DNA of 64,000 nt from Eubacteriales bacterium (GCA_045535815.1 JAZSMJ010000041.1:6159-70158); one strand, 5' to 3'. Positions 47,697 through 56,936 are shown, numbered from the stretch's first letter. Notes: generated by a model not told the origin, from the letters alone. Made by a program: numbers and translations.

Positions 47697-49157
47697 TTAT
47701 TCAAACTGTTCGTTCAATGCTTCAACGTCCTGCTTTGCGGATCTGAGAGATCTCTTATATGTAGATGCAAATGCGGGAGTTCCGGTATTTATCATGTTTC
47801 TGATGTTGCTTGAAACAGAGCCTGCATTATTTACAAGTCCGAGGTCGATAACTCTGTTCTGGATTATGTATTCGACCATCTCCATCGAAGCTGTGTCTCT
47901 TACGTATTTGCCTTCGATAGCAAGACCGAAGTATATCGGTTCAACGTCCTTGTAGGACATAAATGCCATGTCTTCAAGAATAATGCCCGTCATTTCAATG
48001 TCAGAGCACTGTGTGGGAACGGATATTACCGTGCCAAGACCGTGCATAAAGCTGGTATATTTTTCTGTTTTTTGATCGTACTTGGGCAGCGGAACCATTC
48101 CGAAATCCGCTTCCATATCTCTGAATGCCTGAGCCGATCCTATGGATTCGGTAAAGAAAAGCGCTCTATTTTCGATGAAGAGAGTTCTTCCGTATTCCGA
48201 TTCGGTGTTTATCTTGTCGTTATCACCGTCGTAATGGGAGTTGAATGCGTTGTTGCAGATATTGTATACCTTGTTGAGTATATCGAGTGAGCGGTCGTCA
48301 AGCTCCTGGAAGATAAGACGGTCATCTTCGTCCTTGGTAATGTATCTCAGACCCGCGCCGATAAGGAATCCGTCGGGGCCGGAGCCCTGATAAGCTGTTC
48401 CGTAGGAATCTGCAGTGTTCATATAGCCATCCTGATTCAGATCCTTTATAAACTGACGTGTGATCTCCGTGTACTTGTCGAGAGTCCAAGTGCCGTTCTT
48501 TACGTATTCGTAGATATCGTTTTCATCAAGTCCGGTGTCGGAGAGCATCTTCTTGTTGAACATTGCGATCCAGGTCGTTTCGTGAGCCTTGAGTGTCATC
48601 GAGTTTGCAACGTAATAAAGCTTATGATTTATCGAGCAGTCGTTCCTCGTGCCCTGATCCCACCAAGGATTATCGAGATTTATATAAGGAACTTCACTTT
48701 CAAGGTCAAGCAAAAGATCGGATGCCGCCATCTTATATGTCTGGTCAAATCCGACAACCAAAGCCTGATAGGGCAGCGATCCTGCAGCTGAGAGGTTGTA
48801 CACCTCGTTATAGCAGTTGGCAAATGGGATCTGATGCATAACGATATCTATACCGTATTTTTCTTCGATTGCGAGGTTTCTTTCAATTATAGCATCCTGA
48901 AGAACGTCTCCGTTTGATTCGGAGTTATAAAGATCGATGTCGAAATAGTTTCCGTCATAGGTCAGAAAATTCATCTCGGCATTGGGGAAGGTCTTTTCGG
49001 GGAGATCGGGATAAGGACCGGTATATTCTTCAACGGTTTCCGCAGTTGATTCACTTCCCTGGGTGCTTACCGGAGTATTCTGTGGCTTGTCATCGTTGCA
49101 GGCCGCTACAGTAATAAGAATAAGTAAAATTGCAAGAAGTAAAAATGTTTTTTTCAT
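47697..49157 (-). CDS. extracellular solute-binding lipoprotein (LplA-like, paralogue A)
   Basis: Signal peptide with lipobox VAAC. At 486 aa it is roughly three-quarters identical by eye to the product of 50060-51532. Confidence 0.8.
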   Translation of the reverse strand: MKKTFLLLAILLILITVAACNDDKPQNTPVSTQGSESTAETVEEYTGPYPDLPEKTFPNAEMNFLTYDGNYFDIDLYNSESNGDVLQDAIIERNLAIEEKYGIDIVMHQIPFANCYNEVYNLSAAGSLPYQALVVGFDQTYKMAASDLLLDLESEVPYINLDNPWWDQGTRNDCSINHKLYYVANSMTLKAHETTWIAMFNKKMLSDTGLDENDIYEYVKNGTWTLDKYTEITRQFIKDLNQDGYMNTADSYGTAYQGSGPDGFLIGAGLRYITKDEDDRLIFQELDDRSLDILNKVYNICNNAFNSHYDGDNDKINTESEYGRTLFIENRALFFTESIGSAQAFRDMEADFGMVPLPKYDQKTEKYTSFMHGLGTVISVPTQCSDIEMTGIILEDMAFMSYKDVEPIYFGLAIEGKYVRDTASMEMVEYIIQNRVIDLGLVNNAGSVSSNIRNMINTGTPAFASTYKRSLRSAKQDVEALNEQFE

Positions 49158-49206
49158 AATTAATTCTCCTTGAGCTGATTTATAATATCTTGTTCAAATA
49201 TCACGG

Positions 49207-49908
49207 TTATTTTCCCAAAGGTGAAAAAATATGTTGGTCGTCAACACACCAATATGCGTGATCGGGGTCTGACTCCTCTGCATAGAATACCATATATTCG
49301 CAACCGGCAGGGCTGATAAGAGTAAGCTGTATTCCGGAGTACCAGCTGCCGAGTGATCCGATAGATTGAGTAACACGTGCTTCTCCCGTGCCTTCCTCTC
49401 CGTCAAAGCGGTAATCGTAGGATATATGCGAGTCTGAAATATCCTTTACGTTGAGATAGCATCCGTCATCATCCTCCCACTCCCCGAGCAGGTAATCGAT
49501 GTTAACGAAGGAGCCGAGCGTGTGCGAGTTGCTGTGATGTATCCATTCACCGCTTGCACTGTCAAGCGTATATAATACGTTTACCTTCATTATTGCTGTG
49601 ATGGGTGAGAATCTCTCGGATTCGGTATACTCATAAGAAAAAGTGAAGCTTTCATCAGAATAAGCAGAATAAGCCGCATCTGCAAGCGTGAGCTCCGAGA
49701 TGTCTAATTCCAGATCTTCTGCAACCATTGCACGCACTGTTGCCTCATCCACAGGTGGAGGAAGCTCAACTGCCTCGGTCTCGGTCTCCTGCACGTCTGT
49801 CTCGGATTCGGTGCTTTCATCTGGTGCTGAGGGCAGCTCCTTTGCTCCGCAGGCAACTAAAGCGACCAATATAAGCAAAGCTGTAAGCAGTAAAAATAAT
49901 TTTTTCAT
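49207..49908 (-). CDS. hypothetical lipoprotein
   Basis: Lipobox LVACG, an acidic linker and a roughly 170-aa domain of unknown function. RBS AGGAGG. Confidence 0.65.
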   Translation of the reverse strand: MKKLFLLLTALLILVALVACGAKELPSAPDESTESETDVQETETEAVELPPPVDEATVRAMVAEDLELDISELTLADAAYSAYSDESFTFSYEYTESERFSPITAIMKVNVLYTLDSASGEWIHHSNSHTLGSFVNIDYLLGEWEDDDGCYLNVKDISDSHISYDYRFDGEEGTGEARVTQSIGSLGSWYSGIQLTLISPAGCEYMVFYAEESDPDHAYWCVDDQHIFSPLGK

Positions 49909-49944
49909 AAAATGCCTCCTGAAACGGTCGTAAAATCTATTTTT

Positions 49945-49973
49945 ATTTTATATAAAAAACAAAGGTTTGTCAA
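49945..49973 (-). promoter_or_regulatory. promoter of the lipoprotein/SBP-A transcription unit
   Basis: On the minus strand: TTGACA (49973-49968), 17 nt, TAAAAT (49950-49945). Confidence 0.55.
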
Positions 49974-50008
49974 TCATTTTTTGCTAACCCTTCAACTGCT
50001 CTGCTTTC

Positions 50009-50053
50009 ATACAAAAAAAGAACTCAGCCCCCGGGCTGAGTTCTTTTTTTGTA
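50009..50053. terminator. bidirectional terminator downstream of SBP-B
   Basis: ATACAAAAAAAGAACTCAGCCC-CC-GGGCTGAGTTCTTTTTTTGTAT, a long perfect palindrome. Confidence 0.85.
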
Positions 50054-50059
50054 TGAATA

Positions 50060-51532
50060 TTATTCAAAAAGGTCGTTGATTTCGTTAACAGCCTGAACTG
50101 CGCTTCTGAGAGATCTCTTGTATGTGGAAGCGAATGCGGGCTGACCGTCGTTGATCATCTGTCTTATAGTGCTGCAGACAGATCCAACGTTTGTAGCGAT
50201 ACCAAGGTCAACTACACGGTTCTGGAGTATGTATTCAACCATTTCCATAGAAGTGGTATCTCTTACGTACTTACCTTCAACTGCGAGTCCGAAGTAGATG
50301 GGCTCAACGTCCTTGTAGGTCGTGAACGCCATATCTTCAAGAAGCACGCCTGCCATCTCAACGTTCTTGCAGAGTGCGGGAACGCATGTGAATGTTCCGA
50401 GACCGGCGTGGATTATACTTGTGTAAACTTCTGTCTTTTCGTCATACTTGGGAAGCGGAACTATACCGAAGTCTGCATCCATATCACGGAAGCCCTGAGC
50501 GGAGCCGAGTGATTCGGTGAAGAAGAGAGCTCTGTTTTCAACGAAGAGAACTCTACCGTATTCGGTTTCTGTTGCTATCTTGTCGTTTGTTCCTGCATAG
50601 TGGGAGTTGAACGCTGTACCACCCTTACAGATTGCGAATACCTTGTTGAGTATATCGAGAGAACGGTCGTCGAGTTCCTGGAATACAAGGTTGTCTTCCT
50701 CGTCCTTTGTAACGTATCTGAGACCGCCGCTTATAAGGAATCCGTCAGGACCGGAGCCCTGGTAAGCTGTACCGTAGGAGTCAGCTGTGTTCATGTAACC
50801 GTCCTGGTTGAGGTCCTTGATAAACTTTCTTGTGATCTCTGTGTACTTGTCGAGAGTCCAGGTGCCGTCCTTTACGTACTGATAGATATCTTCATCGGAA
50901 AGACCCTCGTCAGCGAGCATCTTCTTATTGAACATAGCTATCCATGTAAGCTCGTTTGCCATGATATTGGTAGAGCTTGCAACGTAGTAAAGCTTATCCT
51001 TTATTGAGCAGTCGTATCTCGTACCCTGGTCCCACCAAGGATTGTCGAGATTTATGTGGGGAACCTCTGTCTCAAGGTCGAGAAGGAGGCCTTCTGCAGC
51101 CATCTTATAGGCATTTTCTCCACCTGCCATTATAGCCATGTAGGGAAGATCGCCTGATGCGGAAAGATTGTATACCTGAGTATACATATCAGCATTGGCA
51201 ACGGTGTACTGAACGATATCGACGCCGTACTTTTCCTCTAAAGCCATGTTTCTTTCAAGGATAGCATCCTCAAGAACCTCACCGCTTGACTCGGAATTGG
51301 GAAGGTCTACGTCACGGAAGTTTCCGTCAAAAACGAGGAACGCCGCTTCTTCGTTGGGAAACGTTACCTCGGGAAGCTCCGGATACGGACCTTCGTATTC
51401 GTCCTGTGTTTCTTCGACTGATTCGCTGCCCTGTGTAGAAACGGGTGTGTTCTGCGGCTTGTCATCATTACAAGCAACGACCGCAAGCATTACTACAAGT
51501 AAAGCGATCAGCAAAATTGCTAATTTTTTCAT
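50060..51532 (-). CDS. extracellular solute-binding lipoprotein (LplA-like, paralogue B)
   Basis: Trimmed to MKKLAILL (RBS GGAGGG). Lipobox VVAC. It shares long identical blocks with paralogue A (NDDKPQNTPVSTQGSES and DLNQDGYMNTADSYGTAYQGSGPDGFLI). Confidence 0.8.
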   Translation of the reverse strand: MKKLAILLIALLVVMLAVVACNDDKPQNTPVSTQGSESVEETQDEYEGPYPELPEVTFPNEEAAFLVFDGNFRDVDLPNSESSGEVLEDAILERNMALEEKYGVDIVQYTVANADMYTQVYNLSASGDLPYMAIMAGGENAYKMAAEGLLLDLETEVPHINLDNPWWDQGTRYDCSIKDKLYYVASSTNIMANELTWIAMFNKKMLADEGLSDEDIYQYVKDGTWTLDKYTEITRKFIKDLNQDGYMNTADSYGTAYQGSGPDGFLISGGLRYVTKDEEDNLVFQELDDRSLDILNKVFAICKGGTAFNSHYAGTNDKIATETEYGRVLFVENRALFFTESLGSAQGFRDMDADFGIVPLPKYDEKTEVYTSIIHAGLGTFTCVPALCKNVEMAGVLLEDMAFTTYKDVEPIYFGLAVEGKYVRDTTSMEMVEYILQNRVVDLGIATNVGSVCSTIRQMINDGQPAFASTYKRSLRSAVQAVNEINDLFE

Positions 51533-51569
51533 TTTGCCCTCCAAAAATTCACATTGTGATGTAATATTA

Positions 51570-51598
51570 ATTATAAATCCTAAACGGAATTATGTCAA
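51570..51598 (-). promoter_or_regulatory. consensus promoter of SBP-B
   Basis: On the minus strand: TTGACA (51598-51593), 17 nt, TATAAT (51575-51570). The palindrome TCACATTGTGA lies in the short leader. Confidence 0.6.
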
Positions 51599-51664
51599 TA
51601 ATAATGCCGATTTTTATATGTAAAAATTACATTCTGATGTTATATTGCGCTGCGTTTAACAAAA

Positions 51665-53161
51665 TCAGCCCTTAAAGCTTAAGCTCTCAAGAAGATCTGC
51701 GTATTCTTTAGCGTGCTTTTCGTACTGTTCGTTCTTTTCCTTGTTGGGAGCTACGGTTACGGTGCCTGTTATATGGCGCTTTGCAGCCTTTGCAAGATCG
51801 CCGTAGATGCCAATAGCAGCACCTGCAACGAGTGCGGCTCCGTAGGGAGCTGTATCACGAAGGTCGGAAACCGAGTAATTTATTCCCAGAACGTCTGCCT
51901 TGATCTGATTGAAGCAAGCGCTCTTTGCTCCGCCGCCTATGGCGCATACCGAGGTTATATCGCTTGCAGCTCCGTTTTTGCGGAGTATGTCAAGATACAT
52001 CTTGTATTCGTAGGCGATGGATTCCATTACTGCCTTGAACATAGCCGCTCCGTCGTGATTCCAGGAAAGATTTGCAAACATGCCCTTGATCGAAAGGTCG
52101 GAGGGGCAGGTGCGTCCTGCAAAATGGGGGATGAACAAAAGTCCGTCTACTCCTGCAGGGAGCTTATCAGCCTGCTCTTCAAGCTCTGCATAGGAGAATT
52201 TATCCATAAGAAGCGATTCCTTCGCCCACTTCACGCAAAGTCCGCCGCCCGATATATAAGCCATCGGCTGCCACAGACCGTCGATCACGTGACGGGCGTA
52301 AAGTATGGTGCGGTTTTCAAGGTCGGGGGAGTAAACGTCAGTACAGCAGGAGAATACCGATGCCGTACCTGCAACGTCAAAGCAGTCACCCTTCTGAGAA
52401 ACGCCTGCACCGAGAGACGACGCCGCCTGGTCGCCGCAGCCTGCGGCGACCGGCATGCCCTCGCAAAGACCGCTTTCCTTAGCCGCCTTTGCGCTGATTT
52501 TTCCGATTATCTTTGTCGGTGCAACTATATCGGGCATCTTGCTCTTTTCAATATCGAAGATAGAGAGAAGCTCATCAGACCAGCACTTGTTTTTGTTGTC
52601 TGCAAAGCCCGAGAAATGTATATTCGTATAGTCTATAAACGCCTGATCGCTCTTCAGTGCACACAGACGGCCTGCAACGTATACCGACGGAAGAACGAAC
52701 TTTTCTATACGCTTGTAAACGTCCGGGAACTCCTTTTTCCAGCGGAGTATTTTTGCTCCGTGAGCCGCAGTTACGGGACAGCCCGTAAGCGATTCGCTGA
52801 GGGTGAGCGCCGTATTCTTTATCTCGTCAACGTAGGGCGAGCATCTGGTATCGAGCCAGGAATCGTAGGGCGTAACTGCCTCAAAATCAGCATCGATGCC
52901 CATTATTCCGGACATCTGACCGTCTATCGAAAGACCGCCTATCTCCTCGCTGTTTACCCCCGATTTTTCGATAACCGTCTTTACCGTTCTTATAACCGAG
53001 CCGTATATCTCGTCGGGATCCTGCTCTACCGTGCCGGGCACGGGGCTTATAAGGTTAGAAGCCTCAAACGCATCAGCCACAGCTTTTCCGTCGATGTCGA
53101 AAAGCACGGTCTTTGTGCCCTGCGTGCCTATATCACAGCCTATAAGATATTTTACTTCCAT
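51665..53161 (-). CDS. FGGY-family carbohydrate kinase
   Basis: N-terminal IGCDIGTQGTKT and two actin-like FGGY domains in a 498-aa protein. Confidence 0.85.
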   Translation of the reverse strand: MEVKYLIGCDIGTQGTKTVLFDIDGKAVADAFEASNLISPVPGTVEQDPDEIYGSVIRTVKTVIEKSGVNSEEIGGLSIDGQMSGIMGIDADFEAVTPYDSWLDTRCSPYVDEIKNTALTLSESLTGCPVTAAHGAKILRWKKEFPDVYKRIEKFVLPSVYVAGRLCALKSDQAFIDYTNIHFSGFADNKNKCWSDELLSIFDIEKSKMPDIVAPTKIIGKISAKAAKESGLCEGMPVAAGCGDQAASSLGAGVSQKGDCFDVAGTASVFSCCTDVYSPDLENRTILYARHVIDGLWQPMAYISGGGLCVKWAKESLLMDKFSYAELEEQADKLPAGVDGLLFIPHFAGRTCPSDLSIKGMFANLSWNHDGAAMFKAVMESIAYEYKMYLDILRKNGAASDITSVCAIGGGAKSACFNQIKADVLGINYSVSDLRDTAPYGAALVAGAAIGIYGDLAKAAKRHITGTVTVAPNKEKNEQYEKHAKEYADLLESLSFKG

Positions 53162-53172
53162 AAGCTATCGCC

Positions 53173-54045
53173 TCACGCAAGCTTTGAGCGGATGAACGCA
53201 AGTGCGTTTGCCGCATCGATATCAAGCTTTGCCTCATCAGCATTGTCGGAAAGATCTCTCCATACCTTGATATCTCCGCCGACACCGCCACCCATCTTAA
53301 CGAAGGGCTCCATAACGACGTGCTCCTTGTAGCCGACTTCCCTCAGTGCGTTTGTTATGGTATCCCAATCCATCTTTCCAAGACCTGGGGTCTTGCGGTT
53401 GGTCTCGCCTATGTGGAAGTGACCGATGCGGTCGCCTGCCGTAAGGATAGCGTCTCTGAAATTATCTTCCTCTATATTCATATGGTACGTATCAAGGAGT
53501 ATCTTGCAGTTGGGGCTTTCAACGGTATCAACGTAGGCAACTGCCTCCTTTGCTGTGTTGAGAAGTATCTGCTCGAAGCGGTTAACGACCTCCATACAGA
53601 GCGTAACACCGCAATTTTCCGCTGTCTTTACTACCTCTCTCATGCTCTCAATAGAGCGGTCAAGCACGTCCTGCTTTGAATCTATACCGTAGGAAAGAGC
53701 ACCCGGCCATGCAGAGTAAAGTATACCGCCGAACACCTTTCCGTCAAGAGCACCGACCGTTTCGATGTTCTTCTTCATATATTCACGGCCTGCAGAGCGA
53801 ATGGAAGCGTCAGCAGAAGCCATATCGTACTGCGGAGGTACTCCGAGGCAGTAGGTAAGGTCTATACCGCAATCGTCTGCCGCCTTCTTTATATCCTTTA
53901 CCTTATCTCTGGGAAGGTCTATCAGCGGAGAGGGACAGATCTCAAGGGTGTCAAAGCCCAGCTTTGATACCTTGTTTATGTAATAGATATAATCTGCGTC
54001 CCACTCACGGCACCAATATGCAAAATAAATACCGACTTTATTCAT
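53173..54045 (-). CDS. ketose 3-epimerase (D-psicose/D-tagatose 3-epimerase family)
   Basis: Trimmed to MNKVGIYFAYW. It closely parallels the Clostridium DPEase sequence as I recall it (YFAYW..EW.ADY.YYI.KV.KLGFD.LEI, LDTYHMNIEE, GHFHIGE.NRK.PG, VVMEPFV.MGG.VG..IKVWRD). Confidence 0.8.
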   Translation of the reverse strand: MNKVGIYFAYWCREWDADYIYYINKVSKLGFDTLEICPSPLIDLPRDKVKDIKKAADDCGIDLTYCLGVPPQYDMASADASIRSAGREYMKKNIETVGALDGKVFGGILYSAWPGALSYGIDSKQDVLDRSIESMREVVKTAENCGVTLCMEVVNRFEQILLNTAKEAVAYVDTVESPNCKILLDTYHMNIEEDNFRDAILTAGDRIGHFHIGETNRKTPGLGKMDWDTITNALREVGYKEHVVMEPFVKMGGGVGGDIKVWRDLSDNADEAKLDIDAANALAFIRSKLA

Positions 54046-54087
54046 GATTATCTCCATTCCGCCGTATATAACGGCACTATAATTTTA

Positions 54088-55134
54088 TCAGAATACGAAA
54101 ATGTTTTTAAGATAGGTTCCTGCCTTAGCGGCTTCAAATGCTTCCTCATACTGATCGAGCGTAAAGGTCTTTGAAACTGCCATTATCTTGTCAAGGTCGA
54201 GCGCTCCGGATTCAACCAGTCTTACGCACTTGCGGTACTGATCGAGATTTGCTCTCGTGCTTCCGGTAACGGTGAGCTGCTTGTAATGGATGGTGTTTGT
54301 GTTGATGGCAACCTCTGCCTTTGATGCGGGAAGACCGCCGAAGAAGCAGACTCTTCCGTTCATCGAAAGAAGATCGAGAGAGGATGCCTGAGCATCGGGA
54401 GCAGGGCAGGCTGTAATGCAAACGTTAACACCCTCGCCGCCCGTAATTTCAAATATAAAGTCCTTGATATCGCCACCGCAGGTGATAAACGAAGGATCAA
54501 CGCTCTTAGCCATATTGAGACGGTTTTCGTTTAAGTCAGAAAGGATGACCTTGGATGCGCCTGCAGTCTTGGCAAGCATAGCGTGGAGTATACCGATAGG
54601 GCCTGCGCCGATAACCAGAACGCTGTCACCGGGGCGGACGTCTACGTGCTCAAATCCGTTGTAAACGCAGGAAAGAGGCTCGATAACAGATGCCTTTTCA
54701 AACGACATATCGGTAGCAAGCTTAACTATGTTACCCTGAGCGATAGCTGCCTCGGGAATAACGGTATATTCAGCAAATCCACCGTCAAGGTTTATGCCGA
54801 GAGCCTTGTACTCAGCGCAAAGATGGGTGTTGCCCGATGCACAGAAGTTACACTGTCCGCATCCCATGTTGGGAGCGATCGCAATGCGATCTCCAACCTT
54901 GTAGGATCCCTTGACGTCTGCACCTATCTCTGCTATCGTACCTGCGATCTCGTGTCCGTATATACGGGGAGTTTCACGGGATACGCCCTTGTATCCGTTT
55001 GCGATCATACGCATATCGCTTCCGCAGATAGCTGCAGCGTCAACCTTTAAAAGTATCTGCGAGCTTGTTATTTTGGGAGTTTCTACTTCCTTGAGTTCAT
55101 ATTCGTTGGGTCCGTAAAAAAGCAATGCCTTCAT
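54088..55134 (-). CDS. zinc-dependent polyol/alcohol dehydrogenase (MDR family, sorbitol dehydrogenase-like)
   Basis: Catalytic GHE (YGHEIAGTI), the structural-zinc cysteines CGQCNFCASGNTHLC and the Rossmann motif GAGPIG. Confidence 0.85.
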   Translation of the reverse strand: MKALLFYGPNEYELKEVETPKITSSQILLKVDAAAICGSDMRMIANGYKGVSRETPRIYGHEIAGTIAEIGADVKGSYKVGDRIAIAPNMGCGQCNFCASGNTHLCAEYKALGINLDGGFAEYTVIPEAAIAQGNIVKLATDMSFEKASVIEPLSCVYNGFEHVDVRPGDSVLVIGAGPIGILHAMLAKTAGASKVILSDLNENRLNMAKSVDPSFITCGGDIKDFIFEITGGEGVNVCITACPAPDAQASSLDLLSMNGRVCFFGGLPASKAEVAINTNTIHYKQLTVTGSTRANLDQYRKCVRLVESGALDLDKIMAVSKTFTLDQYEEAFEAAKAGTYLKNIFVF

Positions 55135-55169
55135 TGTTATCTCTTCCTTATTATATATGTATTTTAATA

Positions 55170-56192
55170 TTATGCGAGTTCAACTATTCTCTTTTCGGTG
55201 ATGGAGGTGTTTCCTGCAACTGTAACTGCAACCGCCATTCTTCCGTCTATACCGGTAACCTTGGGCTCGCTGTCCTCAAGGATGCAGGAGATAAACGCTC
55301 TGTCCTCATTAAGATATGCCGAAGTGAACAAGCCCTTCCAGCTTTCCATATGCTGAGCCTCTACTATCTTATCCTGACGGCAGAGGATAACGCTGTTTTC
55401 TCTTGTGTTTCCGAGGGTTATAAGACCGTCGGTGCCGAGTATCTCAACTCTTGCATCATATCCGTATTTAACGTACTGCGCACCGTCGATCACACCCTGC
55501 GTGCCGTTCATAAACTCGGCGTTGAGTATAACGTTATCGTAGAAATCGGGGAAGTCAGCCTTTGCATCGGGGCATCTGAAGTTACCGCCGATAGCGAAAA
55601 GACGCTTGAATTCACTGCCGGTCATCCATCTGAGAGTGTCTATATCGTGGCTGCATACCTCGGCAAGCGGTCCGTTACTCTTCTTTATGTCGTACATCCA
55701 GGGCTGAGGCTTGCTCGGTCCTCTTGTGTTGGATTTTACCATTACGACGTCACCGATATCACCGTTCAGTATATGCTGCTTTGCGCACTGGAAGCTTGTG
55801 TCGAAGCGGCGCATAAATCCAACCTGAAGCTTTACCTTGTTTTCGCTGCATGTGGCAATTATCTCGTCGCACTCTGCAACTGTCATAGCAAGGGGCTTTT
55901 CGCAAAGGATATGCTTTTTAGCCTTTGCAGCCGCAACGCATATATCACGGTGGAACTTGGTGGGAGAGGCAACGATTATAGCGTCTACCTCGCTGTCCTC
56001 AAGCGCCTGGGTATAATCAGCGTATGCCTTTGTAACGCCAAGCTCAGCCATAGCGGCATTTCTCGATTCCTCTACGGGATCGGATACTGCAACTATCTTT
56101 GCAAAGGGTACGTTTGACACAAAATTTCTGGCGTGGATCATTCCGGCTCTGCCTGCGCCAATCAGACAGATACCGACAATTCCGTTTTTCAT
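55170..56192 (-). CDS. Gfo/Idh/MocA oxidoreductase, inositol 2-dehydrogenase (IolG)-like
   Basis: Trimmed to MKNGIVGICLIGAGRAG (RBS GGAG). Motifs CEKPLA, GFMRRFD and YGYDARVEILGTDG parallel B. subtilis IolG. Confidence 0.75.
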   Translation of the reverse strand: MKNGIVGICLIGAGRAGMIHARNFVSNVPFAKIVAVSDPVEESRNAAMAELGVTKAYADYTQALEDSEVDAIIVASPTKFHRDICVAAAKAKKHILCEKPLAMTVAECDEIIATCSENKVKLQVGFMRRFDTSFQCAKQHILNGDIGDVVMVKSNTRGPSKPQPWMYDIKKSNGPLAEVCSHDIDTLRWMTGSEFKRLFAIGGNFRCPDAKADFPDFYDNVILNAEFMNGTQGVIDGAQYVKYGYDARVEILGTDGLITLGNTRENSVILCRQDKIVEAQHMESWKGLFTSAYLNEDRAFISCILEDSEPKVTGIDGRMAVAVTVAGNTSITEKRIVELA

Positions 56193-56283
56193 TATCGAAA
56201 GGCTCCAATCTATAAATTTAATTATTTTGACTGCTTTGGAAAACGTATCGTATATTTTCGTTTGTTTGCGTTTTCTATCTTTT

Positions 56284-56313
56284 ATTATAAATGATATTGA
56301 CATATATGTCAAT
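56284..56313 (-). promoter_or_regulatory. consensus promoter with overlapping 18-bp perfect palindrome (operator candidate)
   Basis: On the minus strand: TTGACA (56312-56307), 17 nt, TATAAT (56289-56284). ATTGACATATATGTCAAT (56296-56313) is a perfect palindrome covering the -35 element. Confidence 0.6.
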
Positions 56314-56321
56314 AACACCTT

Positions 56322-56358
56322 GATAAAAAACTCCCTCAAAAAGCGTTTTTGAGGGAGT
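56322..56358 (-). terminator. intrinsic terminator of the yfbR-like gene
   Basis: On the minus strand: CTCCCTCAAAAA-CGC-TTTTTGAGGGAG followed by TTTTTT. Confidence 0.8.
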
Positions 56359-56363
56359 GAATT

Positions 56364-56936
56364 TTACATCTTATCAAGTGTATTTTCGTATGACGGAAGG
56401 ATATTCTGCATAAACCAGGAAAGCTCCTCGCAGTTTTGCTCCTTCAGCTTTGCGTAGGTCGAGATGCGTGCATCGGAAAATTCGGAGTTGCCGCACTTTT
56501 CCTCCTCAACGCACTTTATGTATGCACAGAGCTTGTCGGCAGATTTTACAAGGCGGTGTATCTCCTCGTCGTCCTCGGAGAGAATGTCGCTGTAATCGTC
56601 CTTGAGCTGCGACGGAAGCTTGGTCAGCAAAAGGTCGATGGCGTTATTCTCGATTGTCTTATAGCTTTCCTTTATGGAATCGTTATAATATTTTACCGGA
56701 GTCGGCAGGTCGCCCGTTATTACCTCGGATGCATCGTGATAAAGGGCGGCGGCAAGAACTCTGCCTTCATCATAATTCTTATTGAATATACGATTGCCTA
56801 TAAGTGCAAGTGCGTGTGCAATGACGGCACACTCAAAGCTGTGCTCGGAGAGCGTTTCGGGGATATTGCTTCGCATAAGTCCCCATCTGCGTATATATTT
56901 CTGACGGAATATCAGTGAAAAAAAGCTGTATGACAT
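56364..56936 (-). CDS. HD-domain 5'-deoxynucleotidase (YfbR-like)
   Basis: RRWGLMR...ESLSEHS-type N-terminus (IRRWGLMRSNIPETLSEHSF) and an HD motif (YHDASE). Confidence 0.75.
   Translation of the reverse strand: MSYSFFSLIFRQKYIRRWGLMRSNIPETLSEHSFECAVIAHALALIGNRIFNKNYDEGRVLAAALYHDASEVITGDLPTPVKYYNDSIKESYKTIENNAIDLLLTKLPSQLKDDYSDILSEDDEEIHRLVKSADKLCAYIKCVEEEKCGNSEFSDARISTYAKLKEQNCEELSWFMQNILPSYENTLDKM

Noticed and set aside
56226-56262. A cre-like (CcpA) site, TGGAAAACGTATCG, in the leader of the catabolic operon.
   Set aside because: It matches only the left half and the central CG of the WTGNAANCGNWNNCW consensus, and the right arm fails. That is too weak to call.
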